Shown: one piece after another, positions 23,136-34,556 of the stretch
Numbering within the stretch: the stretch's first letter is position 1
Layout: the number at the start of each line of letters is the position of its first letter
Assembly (NCBI GenBank): GCA_000826855.1
Contig: JTLS01000001.1
Span: 62,001 to 97,325, forward strand
DNA: 35,325 bases
Reading direction: 5' to 3'
Source: Basidioascus undulatus
Lineage: Eukaryota
The notes under the pieces: generated by a model
What the model saw: only the letters and a program-made list of their open reading frames with translations
Told to the model about the DNA's origin: nothing
The model's database searches: none
Translations under genes and position numbers: made by a program

Positions 23136-26100
23136 TCAATCCCGCTTGCTAAGCTCTTGCAGCGCGACCTGTCACAGGTCCGAAGCGTCAGTTCCACAAG
23201 CATCATGGCAATGAAGAAAAAGATAGGATCGCGACACACAAGCTCCGCATACTGCACAAACAAGGATATGAGTTGTCAGAACATTCCCTCAATGAAAAGT
23301 GCGAGAACGACGCACAAGTCCCGCCTTGTCCTGGAGCAGCTCGTTGTGAGTGCCTGCTTGGCTGACACGCCCGTCCTTGAACACGTAGATGATGTCGGCC
23401 TTCTGGCTGTAAAACTCAACAACCTGGTGAGCTGAGAAATCATTCCACGCATGGGCGCAACATCTTACATCGTGGACAGGCGATGCGCGATGGCGATGGT
23501 AGTGCGCCCCCTAGCGGCGTTGTCCAAGGCCTGCGTGAGAGCGATATTGTTTAGAGCTCGTTCCGGTTAAAGTTGCGGCAAAGACTCACAGCCTGCACGA
23601 CCTTCTCGCTCTCCGAGTCCAGCGCCGAGGTCGCCTCGTCGCTGCGTGTGTCCAAGAAGTTGTTCAGTACGAAGACTATCCCGAACGTGTACCGCTTCAG
23701 ACATACAGGAGGAGAATCTTCGGCTGGCGGATGAGGGCACGGGCGATTGCAATACGCTGACGATGACAGGATGTCAACGCTGCGAATCGTGGAGGTTAGG
23801 AGAGAGGATGATCACCTGTTTCTGCCCGCCGCTGAGTTGAGTGCTGCAGACATACATGCACATGTCAGTACTGCACTTGCCCAGTCACATTTATGGAACG
23901 CTCTCTTACCCTTTGCCTCCCACCTGAGTGTCGAATTTGTCGGGAAGCTGCTTAATGAAGTCGAGAATGTTCGCGTCACGGCAAGCCTAACACAAATTGT
24001 AAGCAAACGAGTCCTAAGCAACGACTAAGTCTTCTCGCACCTGCTCGAGCTCCTCCTGGGTCACTTCCTCTGCGGGCTTGACGGCGCCGAGCAGGATGTT
24101 GTACTTGATGGTGCCCTGATAGCTGTTAAGATACCTTGGTATCAGCCCTGTCCCTCGTGTGAGAAGCAATCAGGTAGCTTACAGCGTTGGCTCCTGAGAA
24201 ACGAGGGCGATATGCCGACGGAGATTGGCGACGTTGAGCGAGGTAAGCTCGTGACCGTCGAGCGTGATGCGGCCGACCTATGTCCGCCTTCCGCGTCAGC
24301 GGTGAAATAGATCCATCAGAAAAGAAGCAGGTATTCACAATGGCATCGTAATAACGTTCAATGAGCTGGATTGTCGTCGACTTGCCGCAGCCAGACGGGC
24401 CGACCAGCGCGACGTAGGTGCCCGGCTTGATCTCGAGGTTGAGCGAGCGAAGGACGCGGACGTCAGGACGAGTGGGGTAGCGGAAATGAACGTCCTCGAA
24501 GCTGTCCGAGTCATCAAAGTTCAGCAAATTAAGCACGAGACACTGTGAGATTGCCACACGCACCGGAGGTGACCCTCGACGTGGTCGAGCTTAAGGCCTT
24601 CCTCAGACTCGGAGTCGATCTCCGGTTCAGAGTCAAGCAGGGTCATCGTGCGGCTCGCCCCACCTTTGGCGGAAGAAATGTCGGGCACGAAGGAAAAGAC
24701 GTTGCGTGGAGGCGGAAGGAGATGTTAGACAAAGAAGGACCAGGAGCGAAGATCATGACTTATCAGCTTGGATTGAAGCCTGCAGAGTGCACGAGTTCAG
24801 TATTATGCACATTTGTTGCATTGGAGAGGGGTAGCAGACTCACGAAGACGACAGACATAAGGACTGAAGATGAAAATGATCAGCTTCAGTTCACCACAAG
24901 TTCCGGAACAGCGCGGCGTGAGGGAAGTCCACCTCGCTTTCCAACAATTACTTACCGATGAAGAACTTCTCGGGGTTGTACTCGCCGCTGATCAGGAGGC
25001 CCGCGCCGTACCAGAAGACTGTGCGTGAGGGGCAGAACATCCGTCAGAACGCCTTGCCGACAACAACAGACGCGAAAGACGAACTCAGGGCAATGACCCA
25101 GAAGGCGAGAGCCTGCGAGAGGGCGTAGATTGCGCTGCAAGCAGAAAGAAACCTCAGAATCAATTGAACGGAATCAGGTAATACTTTGAAATGAGCTTAC
25201 TTCGACGTCAGAGAAGTACGGTGCGACAGCCGAGCAGGCGCCTCGAGCGACTCGTGGTCTGCAATGTCCCATAGCCATTCAGCACTATATTGTGAGGTAT
25301 CGAGAAGAGTTTCTTACAGATGCGGGAGCAATCGTCCTCACGAGTAAGGGAAGCCACTGTGCGAATAGCACCGGCGGCCTCACAAGCGAGTTGCGCCGAC
25401 TCATCATGCGCCTTCTTATTCTTCTGGTCCTTGAGGACAACGACTTGAAGGCGAATGTAGCCGGCGCAGACGCTTCAAGGTAGAGCAAGAGTAAGCGTCA
25501 AAGCGAGCAGGGTCTCGGGCGGGGCAGGGCGTACGTGAGCGGGATGCACGCGGTGCCTACGAGCCCGAGTTTCCAACCGTTGCTGAAGTGCAGGTCAATA
25601 TAGCCAGCAAAAAAAAGAATCAGCACAGAAAGGGTGAAACGCACGCGACACCGATGATAATGCTGCCGCGCAGGACAATGCAGTCAGCAGCGAGGACAGA
25701 CACCAGAATGAAAGTCAGCGACGCACCCTCCAACAAGCGTCGCGATAGACTGGATGATTGTTCCGAGTGTGACCCCGCTAAAATTACACAAATATATCAC
25801 TTAAGAGTCAGATGTGGCATATGCAAAGTCTGGTATTGTGCCGACGCACGCGAGCCCCTGGACCTTCTGCGCGTTATCGGCGAGCTGCGAAGTGAGAGCG
25901 CCGGTCGAGTTGTCGGAGTTATCGAAGTACTGTGGTGAATAGAGTGAGAAAATATCCCAGTTTGCGTGAAGCCGGCAGGACCTACCTTGACGTCCTGGCG
26001 AAGGAGTGCCCGGAAAGACAGGGCTCGCAGCTTGAAGGTCAGAAGCTCCGATGTGCGGGTCATGCAGAAGGTTTGCACGAAGATGGCCTTTGCGTTAATC

Positions 26101-29100
26101 ACGACGTTAGCCGTTTGTCCCGATTGGCCTACAGGGCGACGCTTGAGAAACGTACAATGGTTGCGGCGATTGCGATGATGAAGAACCAGAGGCCATTGCG
26201 GTCACCCTCGTGACGAAGCTCGGAAGGGTTGTCACCAGAGTAGTCCGCAAAAGATCTGCGGAAAGTAGATCAGCGACTGCTCGCTTTCCTGTAATCAACT
26301 CGCAAGCTAGGGCGTACTGCAGAGTGCGACCGAAGACAATGCCCTAAAGTAACAACAGCCTGTTAGGACTCTTTTCCTCATACTGAAAAAATATGCTTAC
26401 GAAACAAGGGTAGACCAGTCCCGAGGCGATCTAGAGAGTGACGAAATATGTGAGATAAGAATGCTCGACCATTCGGAAAGGATAATACGTGCCGCTCCCA
26501 AGGTACCGAGCATGTAGAGATTCTTCGCATCCCAGTTGATCTGTGTGCGGAGAGGGATCGGTTAGCAATGAAAGGGGCGTAGCTGGTCTTGGGTAACGTA
26601 CCAACAGCATGCGCTTCAGAATCGCGAACATGGCTGTGGGTAGAGATACGGGTCAATCTGTGTTGTCGTGTCTCTGACTGGAGCGAGTGACCAACAATGC
26701 TTGTCCCTGTACGCCTGCTCTTCGTCCTCTTCCCTCTTGCGCTTTGCCAAGATCTCGGAGGCAATCGAATGCCCCGTGCCGACGCGCGCAAGCGGTTGCT
26801 CCTTCTGCGCAAGCTCCTCGGCTTCTTCGCGCGAGAGGGCAGCCGGACCGGCGCTGTTCTCTTCACCCTGCTTGGCAGCGGCGAGTTTTTGAGCGGCAAC
26901 GAGACGACTGGAGAAATGATGGTGAGTCAGACACACAGTCAAGCTAAACGACTCAGTGCAGCTCACGAGTAAGGGCTGTCGGGGTTGGTGAGCACTGGGT
27001 GGAGGCGACATCAGCCATGGTGTGTACATCGGCACCGGCGTCGAACTCACACTCTTCGTGAGTTCCGGTCTCCAGAAGCTCGCCGCCGCCCATGACGAGG
27101 ATCTGGTGAGCGTCGCGAACAGTGCTGAGACGGTGAGCCTAAGAAACGGTAAACCATGAGCAATTTTCGTCGTCGAAGAAGGGCGAATGAAACAGAGCGC
27201 ACAATGACGATGGTGGTGCGACCTTGGGAAGCCTTGTCGAGCGCGTCCTGGACGATTCCTTCGGACTGCGTGTCGAGCGCCGAGGTTGCTTCCTGCAAGG
27301 GCAGCGAGCAGATTATGAGTACCATTCCGAGCAGTATGCCGGAGTCTTCTCTCACATCGAGCAGGAGGATGAGCGGGTCCGAAACGATAGCACGGGCGAT
27401 GGCAATTCGCTGCTTCTGCCCTCCGCTGAGGAGCATGCCCCTATTTCACGCATTCGCGGATCAGCCAAGAGTACAGTGAAACAGCGGTCTTCTGAGACTC
27501 CTTGACAAACCTTTCACCGACGTTGTTGTCGTATCCGAGCGGGAGGTTGGAGATGAACCCATCCGCATTGGCTTTGACCGCAGCGGCCTTGACAAGCTTC
27601 AACTTCTCGTCTGCGCTCAGCTGCTCCAGCGGCGTGCCGATCAGACCGTGCTAAGTCGACGCGTGTCTTAGTCCTCCTGCGTAAGAGCTTCATGAAGCCT
27701 CTAACGAAGCATGTACCTCGATATTCTCCCTCACGGTCGCGTTGAAGAGCACCGGTTCTTGCCCGACGAGGCCGATCTTCCCGCGAAGGAACTTCAAGCA
27801 GAAGCAGACAAGTCAGCGGCACGTTCTGACACACCAGCATGGCAGAGAGATTTGTTCACCTTGATGTTCAGGGACTTGAGCTCGTGGCCGTCGAGACGGA
27901 TGACTCCAGACTCCGGATCATAAAAGCGCCTGGCAATGATACTTTCAGCACCGCACTGTCAGAGAGTATTGAACACGACGCAACTTACTCAATGAGGGAG
28001 ACGATGGTGCTCTTCCCAGAGCCGGATGCGCCGACGAGCGCCGACTGATGGGAGGCTGATCAGCTCGAGTATGCAGAACGATCGTACTTGGAATCCTTAC
28101 CACCTTGCCCTTCGGGAAGGTGGCCGAGAAAGACTTCAGAATAGGCACATTCGGGCGAGCCGGGTACCGGAAGTTGACGTTCTGCCGGACATGTGAATGC
28201 GTTAGCGATAGCTGGCAGTTGCGTTCTGATCTGAGAATCAGCTCACCTCGAAGGTGATGTGCCCCTCGACATTCTCCGGCTTCTCACCCAGCGGGCTGGC
28301 GGAGTCGATGGGGGGGATGCGGTCAATCGTGTCGTAGATCTTAGCAGCAGCGCCGCGCGCCTTCGCAATGGCTTGACTGGAAATGCAGAAGCTCCGCGTT
28401 AGAAGCTGTTACGGGAAGGTATGATCAAGACATCGGTCTCGCACAGTTCAGGGGCAATCATGGCGAGCGAGAATGCGCCGATCAGGATGGCCCTTAATGC
28501 GCTGCAAAGTCAGCAGCCAGTCTCCGAAGGGGCAGACAGGATTCCACGTACAGGAACACGTTGACGACAACACCGACGTCAGTCTCGTTACGAAGAACGA
28601 GCGTAGTCCCGTAGACGAAAGCGAGGGCGTAAGACTGTTTGGGAACGCAGTGCAAACAGCTTAGGCAACTGTCCATTGTACCGAGGTGTACTGAAAGCTT
28701 ACGCTGTAGATGATGAAGAAGAAGGTCTGAAGCAAGTGATGCAAAGCTCAGCAGATGGACCTGGCTGAAAATTAGCAAGTGGGTGACACACCCCCAGACC
28801 GCAACCCATCTGCGCCACCGCAGGTCAGCACTGTGTCTCGCAAGGCGGTTCGGAAAGAGACTTACAACAACAGCGCCTTTCAGGCCGACAGTGCGCGCTT
28901 TCACAAGGTGGGTATCGTAGAGCGACGCCAGCTAGAAAGTACCGGCGTAGGGACTGTCAGGGAATGGGAAATACCGCAAGAGGCGAGCACCAACGCACAA
29001 TCTTTTGGGTGCCGAAAGCTTTCGCTGTGCGGACAGTCGAGATGACCTCCTCCGCAAGCGAACCCGATTCGGCAACCGCCTCGAGCGCCAGTTGTTGATC

Positions 29101-30528
29101 TGTGTGCTAATCGCCGTCTATCAGCCTATGTAAGGGCACCTAAGTATCGGTACTGACACTTTGTCATCAGAGTCGTCATGGTTCCACCCGCGACCTGCAT
29201 GGTCGGGCCATCAGCAACGCGCAGGAGGGCTTGAAGCGTTATCTGGGGCTTACCGCGATACACGGCATGATGACGAACAGAACACCAGCGAGCTTCGGTT
29301 GGCGGATGAAAGCGATGATAAATCCCGCAACGAAAGCCGCCAAGAACTGGACCGCAAGGGCGACCTTCTCCGAAATGCCCTGCTGGATGAGATGCGTGTC
29401 CGTCTCGATGCGTGTCGCGACCTCGCCCGCGCCGAGCTTGTCGAAGTATGCAATGTCCTTCGGCACAGACACGCAGAGTATGTCAATATGATTATCATCG
29501 CAATGTGGCAGCCAATGCGTGGGTGAAGTGCGCTTACCTGGCGAAGGACAGCACCAAGATACCGCTCACGTATGCGGCGCGAAATGGTCTCGGCCGTGTA
29601 GACCCAAGCAGCCATGTACATGTATGTGCCGACGAACATAGCGATACCGATGCTGGAAACGGGGAGAATTGGCATCAGGCTGGGGTTGGCCCAGTGATTA
29701 GCACGGGCTGAAAACGCACATGGTGAGGTAGAGCGCATTCATGTTGCCTATGATAGCATCAATGTGACGCTCAGTATTCCGGGGAGCTAGACCGTGGAAT
29801 ATTTATGAGTATCACATACAGTCGTCCCGAAGCGAGCGCCGGGCATTAATCAGATCAGCGAGGAAGCCAGCGTCGCCAGGATTGTCCATCGCATTCTTGG
29901 CGGCGTGCCCGAAATCCACGAAGGATCTGGTATGCGAGCGGTAATATATGAGTAATTAGGACTTTTGCCTTGGAACAAGCCAGAACAAGAGAGGCTCACG
30001 TCGTGAGGCGGCCGAAGATGAGTGTCATCAAGGCTGCGAAGGCAAGATGCCACTCAGCTAGGTTCGGGTTTTCACATGAGAACAAAGGGACTGACGCTGC
30101 ATTGCGCCAGCTTTGATACAGCAGGACGTGTTAAAAGTTTCGTCTGGGTAGCTCATGGGAAACGGGGCGCGTACCTCCGGCCGAGCACAAGAGTCCAACG
30201 AAGTTGATGAACTGTTCAGTCCGCGAAGTCTTCAGGATCTCTGGCAAACACATGCTCGCCGACCTCCCAACCCATCCGCCATCTCCGCGTGTAATTAGAA
30301 ATGCGGACGTACGAGCTCGAACTTGGTCGCGTACCGCCACAAGCTCAGCAGCGGGACGGACGGAGGCGCCGCCGGCTTAGCCGTGTCGGCGACGGCGACC
30401 TCAGTCGTCTGGTGCGCGTCGCTCGAGGTGGTCGAGGAGCGAAGCTCTTGCTTCTCGCTCAGAGAAGGAGGCTTCTCCGCCGCGAGGATGGCGCCCTGTT
30501 GGGCGGAAGAGTCGGGGATCTTGGACAT
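23136..30528 (-). CDS. Full-length ABCB (MDR/P-glycoprotein, Pmd1/Mdr1-like) transporter, TMD-NBD-TMD-NBD, about 54 exons
   Basis: Traced by hand from MSKIPDSS to [13 protein letters not shown]1: [44 protein letters not shown]2: [41 protein letters not shown]. The frame is continuous if one GC-AG and one AT-AC intron are accepted. Confidence 0.95.
24706..24763 (-). other. AT-AC intron (58 nt) in the ABCB gene
   Basis: Minus strand: ...CAA GCT G|ATAAGTCATG...GTCTAACATCTCCTTCCGCCTCCAC|GC AAC GTC TTT. Removing it restores [20 protein letters not shown]; retaining it gives TGA four codons after GCT. Confidence 0.85.
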
Positions 30529-31059
30529 GCTGGTCCCGATTCGAACGAAGGTTGGAATAGAGCCGGATCGGGGCGGCCAGCAGACGCCGGGAAGGTCAGG
30601 AAGCGCGAGAGTCGGAGGACGATATTGAAGAATTAGTGTGTAAATCAAGAATGCGAAGCCGAGATGATAATGAGGGAGTGGAGTGCAAGAACAAAAAAAA
30701 AGAAGCAGAGAAGGAGGTGTGAAAGCGACCAATCGAGGCCGGATGGATCGGATCGTTGGAACGCGTGTACAGCTTGCCGCTCACCAGCGGCTTCCAAGGG
30801 CACGCGCGGGCGGACGGCACGGCGCCCGCGATGGGGACACGGGGATCTTAATATTGTGCCCGAAGCTCACGGCGGCCGTTCTGCATAAGTATCGCCGAGC
30901 TCAACCTGGAAGGCCAATAGAAACGTTCTACACGCAGCTTATGTTGTGCTAGTGCTGCACTCTTACAGTCCCTCTATGCAAGCAATTGATTGTAACTCAG
31001 TTTAATGCTCAAGTACCTTCAGCTTGGTTGCTAGCTTGCTACCGCCAAGTCACTGGCAG

Positions 31060-31096
31060 AGTCATCGGGCAAAGTCATCGGGCACAGTCATCGGGG
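31060..31096. repeat. Three tandem copies of a 13-bp unit AGTCATCGGGCAM upstream of the ABC transporter
   Basis: agtcatcgggcaa agtcatcgggcac agtcatcgggg, preceded by a degenerate copy aagtcactggcag. Confidence 0.8.
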
Positions 31097-31424
31097 TCCC
31101 CAGGGAACGCGAGCGCGACCGAGCATCAAACTGGCCTGATGAGGCTGAGCTAAACGCATTCCATGCTGCAGCGCCGGCCAAACTTGGTCAAACTCATCGC
31201 AGCAAGTTGTCCCACCCAATCCCTACTAGAGGAGTTTTGGAAGAATGACATGATGCCATGCGTGGACGCAGGTGGCCACGGGAACCTCCTCTCATGAGCT
31301 GTCGGCTTTTCCGACGGCAAGTTTCATGAGCCTCCTTGATCGCCTTATCGTGCCTTGTCACCCTGTGTTATCAATTTTAAAGGGATAGAGGAAAGAAATA
31401 TCATGATGAAACATAATGTTTGAT

Positions 31425-32015
31425 CAGATGCGGGCGCTCATCTTTGTCGTTCACCAGTTTGTAGAACGCGGCACTGCCGGGATGCACCGGCGGCTTCGCA
31501 TGCGAGCTGTGCAAAGTCGTTATGGGCCTTCTTGTTCTTTTGGAAGACCACCTCAAAAGCATTTTTTAACCCCCCATACCCTTCAGATATATGCACCAGC
31601 CAGCGTTGGAGCGGGCATAGTCCTGGATCGGAGATCGGACAGGGGGTTCATGAGCGGGACGCATGCGGTGCCCACGGGGCCGGGGTTTCAACTATTGCTG
31701 AACAGGAAGACAGTGCGGTTAGCAACCTGAAACCGAGACAAAGTGGGCAGTAACCCGAGACCGATGGTAATGCTGCAGTGCAGGACAATGCAGTCAACGA
31801 GGATACCAGAAAGAAAACTCGGCGACACACTCCCCAATGAGCGTCGCGACGGACCGAGAGTTATGCTACTCAGGGTACTCAAAGACATGGTGAATTGTCA
31901 TGTATGGAATATACAAGTCTGATGTGGTACCGACACACGCGAGCCCTTTACCTTCTACGTATTCTCACTTCTGAGCAAGCTACGAAGTGGGAGGCGCAAG
32001 TCCGAAGTGTCGGAC
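31425..32015 (-). pseudogene. Decayed partial paralogue of the adjacent ABCB gene (TMD2 region, exons plus introns)
   Basis: Collinear with about 25320-25918. [23 protein letters not shown] matches [25 protein letters not shown], and VGTACVPL matches VGTACIPL. Carries TGG>TGA at 31690-31688, a GT>GA donor and indels. Confidence 0.85.
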
Positions 32016-32541
32016 GATGCAGTGACTTATCCTTTCATTCAGCATAGATAAATTGCTGCAACCTACTGAAGATTATTATCAGACCTGCCAAGGATCACGT
32101 TCGCATCAGGGGACTAGGACGGCAACTTCACGCTAGGCAGCGTGCAACAGATGTGCAAGATCATGAGCAAGGGAAGGGAGAACGGCATTCGTTGTCCCTT
32201 CATGTGACGGGTAAATACATTGGAGGCTCAGCACTCAAATAAGCCTATGATTCTTGGAGGAAACGGTCAAAGACCTGCCGTCGTCCGGGCCGTTGCACTC
32301 GCGTTCAGGGTTGCGGCTTCTTGGAGCGGGCACCGTCTCCGGACGCCATTGCCTTTTGTCAAACGGCGACCTCGGAGGGCCATATTGAGCCATAATCAAG
32401 TGGTCTGACTGATTCGAAGACAAATTTCATAGCATCCCCCGCATTAGCCCAGCCTCGTGTCTCCCTCCTCGCACTTCTGCACTGAACACCCTGCCGACGA
32501 GACTCTCATTGGTTTTTAACACTTGTGTGCATTCACCGTCA

Positions 32542-32615
32542 TCTTCGGTGGCGCAATTGGTTAGCGCGTCCGACTGTTAATCGGGAGGTTGTGAGTTCAA
32601 GTCTCACCTGAAGAG
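32542..32615 (+). tRNA. tRNA-Asn (anticodon GTT), intronless
   Basis: Acceptor stem TCTTCGG/CTGAAGA plus discriminator G; D arm GCGC-AATTGGTTA-GCGC; anticodon arm TCCGA-CTGTTAA-TCGGG; T arm GTGAG-TTCAAGT-CTCAC. Confidence 0.95.
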
Positions 32616-32625
32616 GACACAAACC

Positions 32626-32630
32626 TTTTT
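32626..32630 (+). terminator. RNA polymerase III T5 terminator of the tRNA gene
   Basis: TTTTT starting 11 nt after the discriminator base. Confidence 0.75.
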
Positions 32631-33568
32631 GGCCTGTGTGGGGTTGGGAGGCAGTGGTGAGGAATCAGTGCGGGGCGGGGTGGTGAACGTTGTTGCGGAG
32701 GAGCAGCAGCGTCGGTGTGTCGACCAACTGTCGAGTTCCATCCAGCCTAGAATTTTTGGTAGACCTGCTAAGTGGTCGTTGCATACAACAGAAGGGTCCT
32801 GAACCCTCACGAAGTCCTCAGGACAACACCCAGAAAAGCGCAACTGGCACCCATTGGTGGCACTGAACCGTCCTGAGTGGGTCTCTGAAGCCTGAGCCAC
32901 TGTAGACAGTTGAACGTGCCCTTTCATAGTATAGCGTTGTGCATGCCTATGAGGATTCTGGGTATTTTTTAGCGGCAAGGAGGGTACAAGACTGTACAAA
33001 CTGGGGCGGTGTCTGTCTGTGCTATCCGTCAGCGCATGGACTACCCAACTGCCGCGGCTCCCTATAAACTGCACTCAGGTATCTATACACCCACTTCGAC
33101 AGACATTTCTCGTCACTCCCTCCGTTGCTACCTTTTGTAGCAGGACAGTCCCACGAGCACTTCCAATAGTGTGCTTCAGAGCAGCCAACGCGCTTCCACT
33201 CTTTACCAGTGTCACGGGTCTGGCAGTGGAGTACGGTGCAGCCGACGTTGATGTATTCCAACTGTCTACGCAAGTCGCGGTGCTGCCTACACATCCGGCA
33301 CGGAAACGAGAACACATACAGATCTGCGGATTAAAAAGATACATCTCAACATGAACTTGCAAGTGAAAGGCTGAGTTCGGTGCTAAGGACGACTCAGCAG
33401 CTCGACGCGAGACGCCTCCACAGACGCGTCGCACGTGCAGTAGAATCCACTCAACACGCCTACCTGCCCTCCTTGCGCACCTCCTTGCAGCTCCCCAGCA
33501 TCCCACGCTCTCCATTCTTCCTCCCGGTCCTCCGATCTTCCCTCTCTCATAACACTTACTCACCCATC

Positions 33569-34246
33569 ATGTCCGACACCGCCTCCCCCGCGCCCGAGCA
33601 AGTCGAGGAGGTCGACCCGGCGGTCGCTCCCGCGCTCGAGGAGGAGGACGACGGAGAGGAGGGGACGTATGTGGATGATGATGATGAGGGTGCGGGTGAG
33701 GACGAGGAGGAAGATGATGAGGATGAGGTGCATCTTCCGATTCGCGGCCCGCGAGGCAGGCGAGTTGCAAGCTGATGAGAAGCGGTGGGTGCGGGACAGG
33801 GTCCCGGACTGGCCTACCTCGTCGAAGGGGACGTGGCGTCTGAGGATGATGACGAGGAGTATGAGTACGGTGGTGCGGCGGGAGAGTAGGTCTTCTCTTT
33901 CCCCTCCTCTCTCCCCTTTCCCTAATCCTTCCCTCTGTTCGCCTTTCCCTCCTTTACCGGCCCCGACCCCAAGCAACCTTTTCCGAACGCGCGGCTGACT
34001 GTGGTGCTGTGGGTGCTGGCGCAGGGAGGACGATACGGATGAGGAGCCCGAGTCGGATGCGGAGGGGGAGGAGGAAGAGGAGGAGCCGAGGGTGGGGGAG
34101 AAACGCGGGTGCGTCTTCCCACTCGCCTTGCCTTCCCGCGCGTCTTCCCGGAGTGGACGCTCATTTTGTTCCCGTGCATACACAGGCGCGCAGCCGCTGC
34201 GGAGGAGGAGGGGGATGCGCCGGAGGAGAAGAAGGCGAAGGCGTGA
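33569..34246 (+). CDS. 122-aa highly acidic protein with an ANP32E-ZID-like motif and C-terminal NLS; putative histone chaperone
   Basis: Exons 33569-33727, 33800-33864, 34025-34108 and 34186-34246 (all GT-AG, 369 nt) give MSDTASPAPEQVEE...DDEDE|GPGLAYLVEGDVASEDDDEEYE|EDDTDEEPESDAEGEEEEEEPRVGEKRG|RAAAAEEEGDAPEEKKAKA*. The gene model is well supported; the function is inferred. Confidence 0.8.
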
Positions 34247-34556
34247 GGACCGACAGCTGCGCGGGATGGGCGGACGGACGGACGGAGATGGAAAGGAAAG
34301 GAGGAGGGGCATATGTATGCTGCTTGTTGTTGTTGTTTGGCTGTTTTTGGAGTATACTATACTTGCTTGCATACTTGCTTGCGCGGAAAGCATGGTGGCT
34401 GAAAAGGCTTGCGCCCTGGACCACCTCCGCCATCGAATATGCCTGACCACCAGTACTGCTCTTCCGTTCCCCAAACCGCATTCAACATTCACGTAGCGCA
34501 GTCCTCAGTGGTACCAAGCCCCGCCGCCCTCGAAATAGTCGCTCAACGACCTCATT

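Noticed and set aside
24706..24763. U12-type (minor spliceosome) intron
   Set aside because: The donor is ATAAGT, not ATATCCT, and the branch site is GTCTAAC, not TCCTTAAC.
23136..30528. Ste6 pheromone exporter with a linked mating-type locus
   Set aside because: The sequence looks Mdr1/Pmd1-like, and I found no CAAX pheromone precursor, STE3 receptor or homeodomain gene in the window.
32640..33400. Possible gene or retroelement remnant next to the tRNA
   Set aside because: No recognisable domain, LTR, TIR or consistent exon chain; left unexplained.
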